This document shows, one piece after another, positions 56,889-64,000 of a stretch of 64,000 bases of DNA. How positions within the stretch are numbered: the stretch's first letter is position 1; every line of letters begins with the position of its first letter. The position numbers and the translations under genes were made by a program. The stretch comes from Octopus vulgaris (Eukaryota): positions 15,376,001-15,440,000 of the forward strand of contig OX597826.1 of NCBI GenBank assembly GCA_951406725.2. Direction: 5' to 3'. The notes below the pieces were generated by a model. It was given only the letters and a program-made list of their open reading frames with translations, was not told the origin of the DNA and did not search any database.

Positions 56889-57460
56889 CACAATAATTGA
56901 GGGAAGAAGCTATACCGTATTAGGGATTAACAGATTAACGACGGAGAAACTGACTGAGCTTCTGTTTCTGAAGACTTCAGTTCTGTGTGTGTGTGTATGT
57001 CCGTCGACGCATGTATTGCAAAGGAATGTGTGTCTGTGGTGCCCAACTGCATCCGTTTGTGCGTGAGCAGTAAATGATTTATGCGATCTACAGATGAAGA
57101 ATCCGAATTCTATGTCTCTGCCTGTATTTTAGTCAGGTGTTCCGATACATCTCTATGTATGCTTGTGTGTTTGTGTTTGGGTGTGTGTGTGTTTACATCT
57201 GTGTGTGTGATGCGCGGTTGCGCACGTTGGCATGAGTGTGTGTGTGTGTGTGTTTCAATTTATGGTGTAGCGCTGCTTCAGTACGTTTACAGAAATTTGT
57301 GTGTGTATTCATGCGTGTATGAATATCTGTATAAGCGTACGCTGTTTGTTCTTGAGTGTTTATGCATATCCACGTATGCATGTATACACGTGCATCCACA
57401 CATACACATATATGCATGTATATGGATGATTGTACACACATACACACGCGCAGACACACG

Positions 57461-57553
<93 letters not shown>

Positions 57554-57622
57554 GCATATATAAATACACACACACGCTCACAAACAAACACACACACACA
57601 CATATACACACACACACGCACG

Positions 57623-57662
<40 letters not shown>

Positions 57663-58293
57663 TGTGTTTCTGCACATACATATTTGTACGTGTTTATGCA
57701 CGAATATATATGCATACATATATGTGAGTATGTCTGCGAGTGTATGCGCGTATGTACGCCTGTTTCTATATATGATTGTGCGAGTGTAATTAGCTACGCT
57801 TTTGTTTCTGTTTGTTTGTTTGTTTGTTTGTGTGTGTGTGTGTATGCCTGTATGCGCGTGCATATGCTCTACATCTGGCATGAGAAAGCGAAAGGGGAAA
57901 AAAATGAAATAGCGGGAAAAGAAACAGAGACATGTGCGCGTGGATGCGTATGTGCATGCGCGTGCGTGTAAGTGTGTGTGTGTGTATGTGTGTGTGTCTG
58001 TGTGTGTCTGTGTTTGTGTCTTTCTGTCAGAGAGTGTGTGTATGTCTGAGCAGTTTACCTCATACTAGGAGGAGGCTTCACTGTATGTCTCCACGTATGT
58101 GTAGGTATGCGTGTGAATGTAAATATGCAATTCTATATATTTAAACATGTGCGTAGCTGCGTGCATACAGGCCAGTTTGTATAAGATGTAATGGTACAAT
58201 CACGTCCTAAATGCACGTGTAGTATAATGCGTGCGTGCGTATACTTTACACAGATATACATACACGCAAATATATGTATGTGCATGTTACCTG

Positions 58294-58497
<204 letters not shown>

Positions 58498-59041
58498 CCT
58501 AATCTGTCTATTATTGTTGTATGTATATGTACATATACCTATGTGCACATATATATAATCACACATGCATGTATGTAAATGTGACGAGCCTGAGAGTGTA
58601 TGTATGTAGGTATGTGTAAATATGCATGTATATATGCACGTATACACACACAGACATACAAAACACACATATCTATATACATACGCACTCACACAAATAC
58701 TTATATGTATATATACATTCATACTCACAATCATACACATAGACACACTCGTACACACATATACACGTATATATTTGTGCGGATGTGTATTCGATTATGT
58801 ATTTATGTAACTATATGTGTATATATCTATATTTATATAAGTATGTGTGTGCGTATAATTGCTTAAATGTACATCTGTAGATATTTCTAAAAGACGGTGG
58901 TGGGTGGAGAAAATTGTGTGTAGAATACAGGAAATACACTTTACGTGAGAAGAATCAGGATACCAAAGATAGGTGAGAAGGAAGAACAAGACAAAATGCA
59001 AGAGGGGCGGAGCGAGGGAGAAAGAGAAAGAATAATAGGGA

Positions 59042-59089
<48 letters not shown>

Positions 59090-59108
59090 TATATACATAC
59101 ATGCATAC

Positions 59109-59193
<85 letters not shown>

Positions 59194-60068
59194 TATATAC
59201 ATATGTATGTATGTGTGTATACACATACATACATACATACATACATAAGCATTCAAACGTACATACATACATAGACATACAAACGTAAGTACTCAAGCCT
59301 GTATGATGAGAGAGGGTGCGATATATAAAATGGGTGGAAGAAACAGGATGAAAGTGAAAGAAATATCGAGCTACAAGAGAGAAAGGAGTGGAACAGACAG
59401 GAAAAGAACGGAGAGCGAGAGAGAGGAGGGGGAGGAAGAAAGAGACAGTGCCTGGGAGAGAGAGAGAGACAGAGAGATTGAAAGTGGGCGAGAGAGTGAG
59501 TGACAGATCAACAGCTCGTTTGATAGATATATAAATAGGAGGGAGCGGAATGTATTAAAGACGATGATACGATGCGAAATTTCGGTTCCAGAGAAAAGAA
59601 TGGTTTGAAAGAAATCCATAGAATACCTGGCAAAGAAGGTGGTAGGAGGAGAATGCATAAGAGAAGAAACGAAACCACACACGCGTGCAGACATACACTC
59701 ACACACTCATACATACATATACACTGAAAATTGAGTGAAAGGAGAAGGATTAAGAATGGTGAGGCAGCAGTAAAAAAAAAAAAAAAATACGGAGAAGTAC
59801 TGAAAAGAATTGAAATATAAATGAAGAAATGATGAGAATAAAAAGTAGAGAAGAATAAATAAGAAAAAAGAAAACAGGAGAAAAAGGTGATTGAAAGAAA
59901 AGAATGAAGATTTGAAAAATAATGAAAAGATAAAGGAAGAGATTGAGCTGTTGGCGTGGGGGGGGGGGAGAAGACTAGGGAGAGAAGAGGAGAGTGATAA
60001 AAAGGATATTGTAATGAATTGAGAATGAATGAGCTGAGTGGCAAAGAATGAACGGGGAGGAACGAACA

Positions 60069-60122
<54 letters not shown>

Positions 60123-60124
60123 TG

Positions 60125-60230
<106 letters not shown>

Positions 60231-62056
60231 ACACACAATCGTTAGGAACTAAAGCAATAAGCAACAAAGATTTAAACCAGAAAATGCAAGTGAAGGAGAA
60301 AGAAAGAAATGTGAGGAAGAGAGAGAAAGAGGCAAGAAAAGAAGAGTCGGATCAGAAGAATGGAAGTGTAAATTAATTCAAGCTGACGTTGGAATTACCA
60401 CTACCATCACTACTACCATTCATCACCAACGCCAGCTCCATCCACTAGAATTAAGTATTTAAGTATCGCGAAACATTTAAAAGAAAAAACAGAGCCACCA
60501 CACCATGTACACACACACACGTGCGCGCGCAGTCACTGTACGCTTGCACACATCGTAGCCGAGAATTTTTGTCTGTACGGCACACTTTGTATACGCCATT
60601 CAACGAGGGGATTATGTGACGTTCATGCTGTTCACGTGTTTGTTATGATACAGAGTTGATAGTTGTTGTTTAGTTTTGTAAACCTATTTGGTTGCTGGAT
60701 CAGAAGTCAAGGCGTGAACTTGTACGCGGTTATTCCATCCGATAAAAGTATTTTCGACATCTTCAAACTCATCTTACCTTTTCAGAAAGGTTGATACACA
60801 TGGATAATATTACTGTTGGGCAAGTTTCATAGTAAAGTAACGGGTTGTCATGACGAGAAACCTTTGATCATAGGTTTGCTCTTTCGAAGCTGACATGGAA
60901 CAAACTGCAGCAGCAAGAACAGCAGCAACAAAAATAACATGCAAAGCTGGTCTTGAATTTGTTATTGAAAGGAAAAATATTCTAGAATAGTTTTCATTTG
61001 AATTGTCTTCCAACTTGGAGTATATTTAACTTACTTGGATCACAGGTCTGTTCACTCAAGGCTTATATGGCTGTAAAGAACAACATTAATTTCAACAACA
61101 CCCATAGCAATGACGTTACGTGCTGGTCTTGCTAACCGAGCTAAACGCTGTAATTGCATGGTACTAATTTAAGATTTGCTGTAACACAGCTGTTAAGGAA
61201 AAACAAAGCAGTGAGACTTGCAGTGATTGAAAGAAAGAATATTCCGGAACGATTTTTAAATTTACCTCTTCTAGAGTACAGCTTGTTTTCATCTCAGTCC
61301 TTTCAAGTAACTGGTATCAGGTTAACGCTCCTTAGCTGGCGTTGAGTGTAAAAGTAAAAAGTTCCAGCATATAGGGCATGTGTAAGATATACTAGACACT
61401 GCTGTTGAAAGTCGCCTTCGATGCGAACAAACTATAGGGTCTATAATCACAATAAAACTGATAATTGTGAAATGGCGACGTTAAAATATAGGATGGAAGC
61501 TACAGGTGAGAGGAAGTTTACTTTTTGCTGTCCAGAAGTTAACCTCGCATCAAAGTCGTTTTTGGTGCGACCCAGCAACGTCGTACTTGGCCAGTATCTT
61601 TTACTAGAGTTTCAGGTGGGCCAAACCCGTCTAAGTAATATTTGGTAAGCCGAGACTAAAATCCCATACGAGAGACCGCCGCTTCTGTTCTTGGGTACTT
61701 AACTAGACCTCTCGTTCAGTTTAACACCACTACCTACTTTTAGGAGGACTGGATTATTTAAAAGTAGTCTTTTTTACATTGAAGAAGATTTTTCATTTCA
61801 CTAGTTTTGGAAGTCCTGAAAAGGGTTTGAATTCTGCCTTTTACTCTCCGAGAAAGTCATTCATATTGGTTGGCAGGTAGTCAAACAGATAAAGTTCAGA
61901 AATAAAATCTTCAACAGTTTGGTTTCAGTAGAGCAGCGACAGGGTATCTTCAACTATATTTATTAATATCTAATATCATACTTAAATAAGAACTTATTAT
62001 TATCAATGCTAACCCCTTCGTGAACTTTACCACCATCAACGATGACCACCACCAGC

Positions 62057-62087
<31 letters not shown>

Positions 62088-63645
62088 CTACCAGTAACAA
62101 TCCCTAACGACGATGACAACCAACAACACTAATTCTCTATCACCACCACCACTACATCATCTACGTCCGTACCATCGTCACTACAACCACCACCACCACC
62201 AGTAACAAAATGCACCAAACTATCCCCACCATCGTCATCATAAAACAGATTTCACTTGTTGCTACTGCTGATGGTGATGATGAAGATGATGCTGATGTTT
62301 CTGGTATATGTGCCTAATTTCTAAGAATTGGTTAATCACTTAAAAGTCGTTACTGTTAAGTGATTAGCCAATCAGAGCATATGATGGAATAGATGTGAGA
62401 GACTGATACACACACACACACACACATACACACACACATACATGTGCCTGTGTATGGGAAGACAGAAAGAGAAAGAGAGAGAGAGAGAGAGAGAGGGAGA
62501 GAAAGGAAGAGAACGGATATTTTGAGAGTCAAAGAAAGTTGTTGCTTAGCCGCAGGTAAGCTCTGACCATTCTGCTTGTTTTTTTTTTCTCTTTTCTTTT
62601 CATACATTGCATACTTAGGACTACATTATCCAGTGTGTCTTTCTTTTCTCTAAGATGGTAGGATGTGATCTGAGATAGATTTCCGAGCAGCCATGTAGAA
62701 GTTCCATTGTAGGCCCTGTGGCGATATGATAATGCGTCTGACTCAAGTTTAAATATTGTAAAATTAGAATGAGATATAGAGAGAATCAAACTGATAAAGG
62801 AGAAGAGAGAGAGAGAGAGAGTGAGAGGGGGAGGAGGAGTGAAAGGGAGTGAGAGAGATGTGGTAGGACAGACAAGTAAAGTGTATTTGTAGAAAGAGAC
62901 AAAGATATGAGGAAGAATGCTCAGATATCGTAGTCATTGTGGTGAATGGGAATATATAACTGAATGTGATTCACGTAATGGCGGCTCCATAAAAATGTCA
63001 GCCATTTTACTCTTATATCAGTATTGAAATGTATAGTAGTCTCAATGTGAGCATTGCGTTTGTCATGTGAACGGCAAGAGGATCAACAGCAAGGAGAATA
63101 AAAAATTTAAGTTGGAGGAGAAGGAGGAGGAGGAGGAGAAGAAAAAGAAAAGAAGAAAAAGGATGACGTTGAGAAAAATAACGATGGCAATAACCACGAT
63201 AAAGAAAGTGAATTGATCACAACAATAGCGAGAGAAGCAGCAACAGTAGTAGCAACAACAAACAAAATATTCACTAAAAAAAAAAAAGAGAGAAAAAAAA
63301 TCAGTTGTAACCATAGAAACTCCAGCAATGACAACAAAAGTAACGATATCAACAATAATATAATTAGACAGACTAACAAAATAAATAAAAATAGCAACTT
63401 TACGAAGAGAACCAAACCGGCAGTATCAGCAGCAGTAGCAACGGCAGTAGCATTAGCAACAGACACACCATTTAGAAAAGTCAATACGAGAGTCTGGACC
63501 TGCTGGAAGTAACAATCTAATATGTCTCAAATCACGCATCATGACCTAAATATAGAAGGATATATTAGATAATGTCGACTAAAGTATATTATGTCGTAAA
63601 AAAATGGCGGAACGGAATTGGCTGGAAAATGTTTCATCATTGTCG

Positions 63646-63905
63646 CGTGGAAGGTGTTTATAAGCCATTTAAGAAACACATAAAAACTGTTAAATTCACT
63701 TCAACATTTAAATTTAATTTGTCAAAATATTTTCGTCGCTTTGAGACCGCGACCAGTTCACTGACAAAACTCCGTACTGCATTTGTCAGTGAACAGGTCG
63801 CGGTCTCAAAGCGACGAAAATATTTTGACAAATTAAATCTAAATGTTGAAGTGAATCTAACGGCTTTTGTGTGTTTCTTAAATGGCTTATAAACACCTTC
63901 CATGC
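63646..63905. mobile_element. Fold-back (MITE-like) element made of two inverted HHR-bearing arms
   Basis: Near-perfect arms of ~120 bp around a short spacer at ~63769-63781. A decayed relative at 45045-45335 shares the 3' extension. Confidence 0.8.
63781..63833 (+). ncRNA. Type I hammerhead with G3-C8 swapped core
   Basis: AUUUGUCA-GUGAACA-G-GUCGC-ggucucaaa-GCGAC-GAAA-AUAU-UU^UGACAAAU: 8-bp helix I, 5-bp helix II, palindromic helix III. Confidence 0.72.
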
Positions 63906-64000
63906 TGCAATTGTTTTCGTTCCAGTACATGATCTCAGACCAAGTCACTCGCTCTGCAAGTACATCTCCGTGATTTTTCATCATTATTCTGCGAAAAATA

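Noticed and set aside
63572-63984. Mirror ORFs on both strands
   Set aside because: A consequence of the palindrome.

Overview
AT-rich, microsatellite-dense animal DNA with no recognisable host protein-coding gene. The SINE and LINE families look like those of a coleoid cephalopod, probably Octopus (my inference). Nearly all ORFs in the track are translations of simple repeats. The recognisable content is: two tRNA-derived SINE families in many copies; many decayed fragments of R4/Dong-type non-LTR retrotransposons sitting in (TAA)n tracts; one degenerate Tc1/mariner element; and two Penelope-like elements with GIY-YIG endonuclease remnants. About a dozen type I minimal hammerhead-ribozyme (HHR) motifs, intact or degenerate, mark Penelope pseudo-LTRs and fold-back palindromes. 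The main finding is a young 1.25-kb insertion (26382-27627) made of about 2.9 near-identical tandem copies of a structured 360-bp unit plus an inverted partial copy, flanked by a 13-bp target-site duplication. Each unit carries a minus-strand HHR with a palindromic helix III and a built-in anti-ribozyme pairing. This fits a retrozyme, i.e. a small circular RNA copied by rolling-circle reverse transcription. A second highlight is a hammerhead with a compensatory G3-C8 core swap inside a MITE-like palindrome (63646-63905). All ribozyme folds were worked out by eye and are untested.
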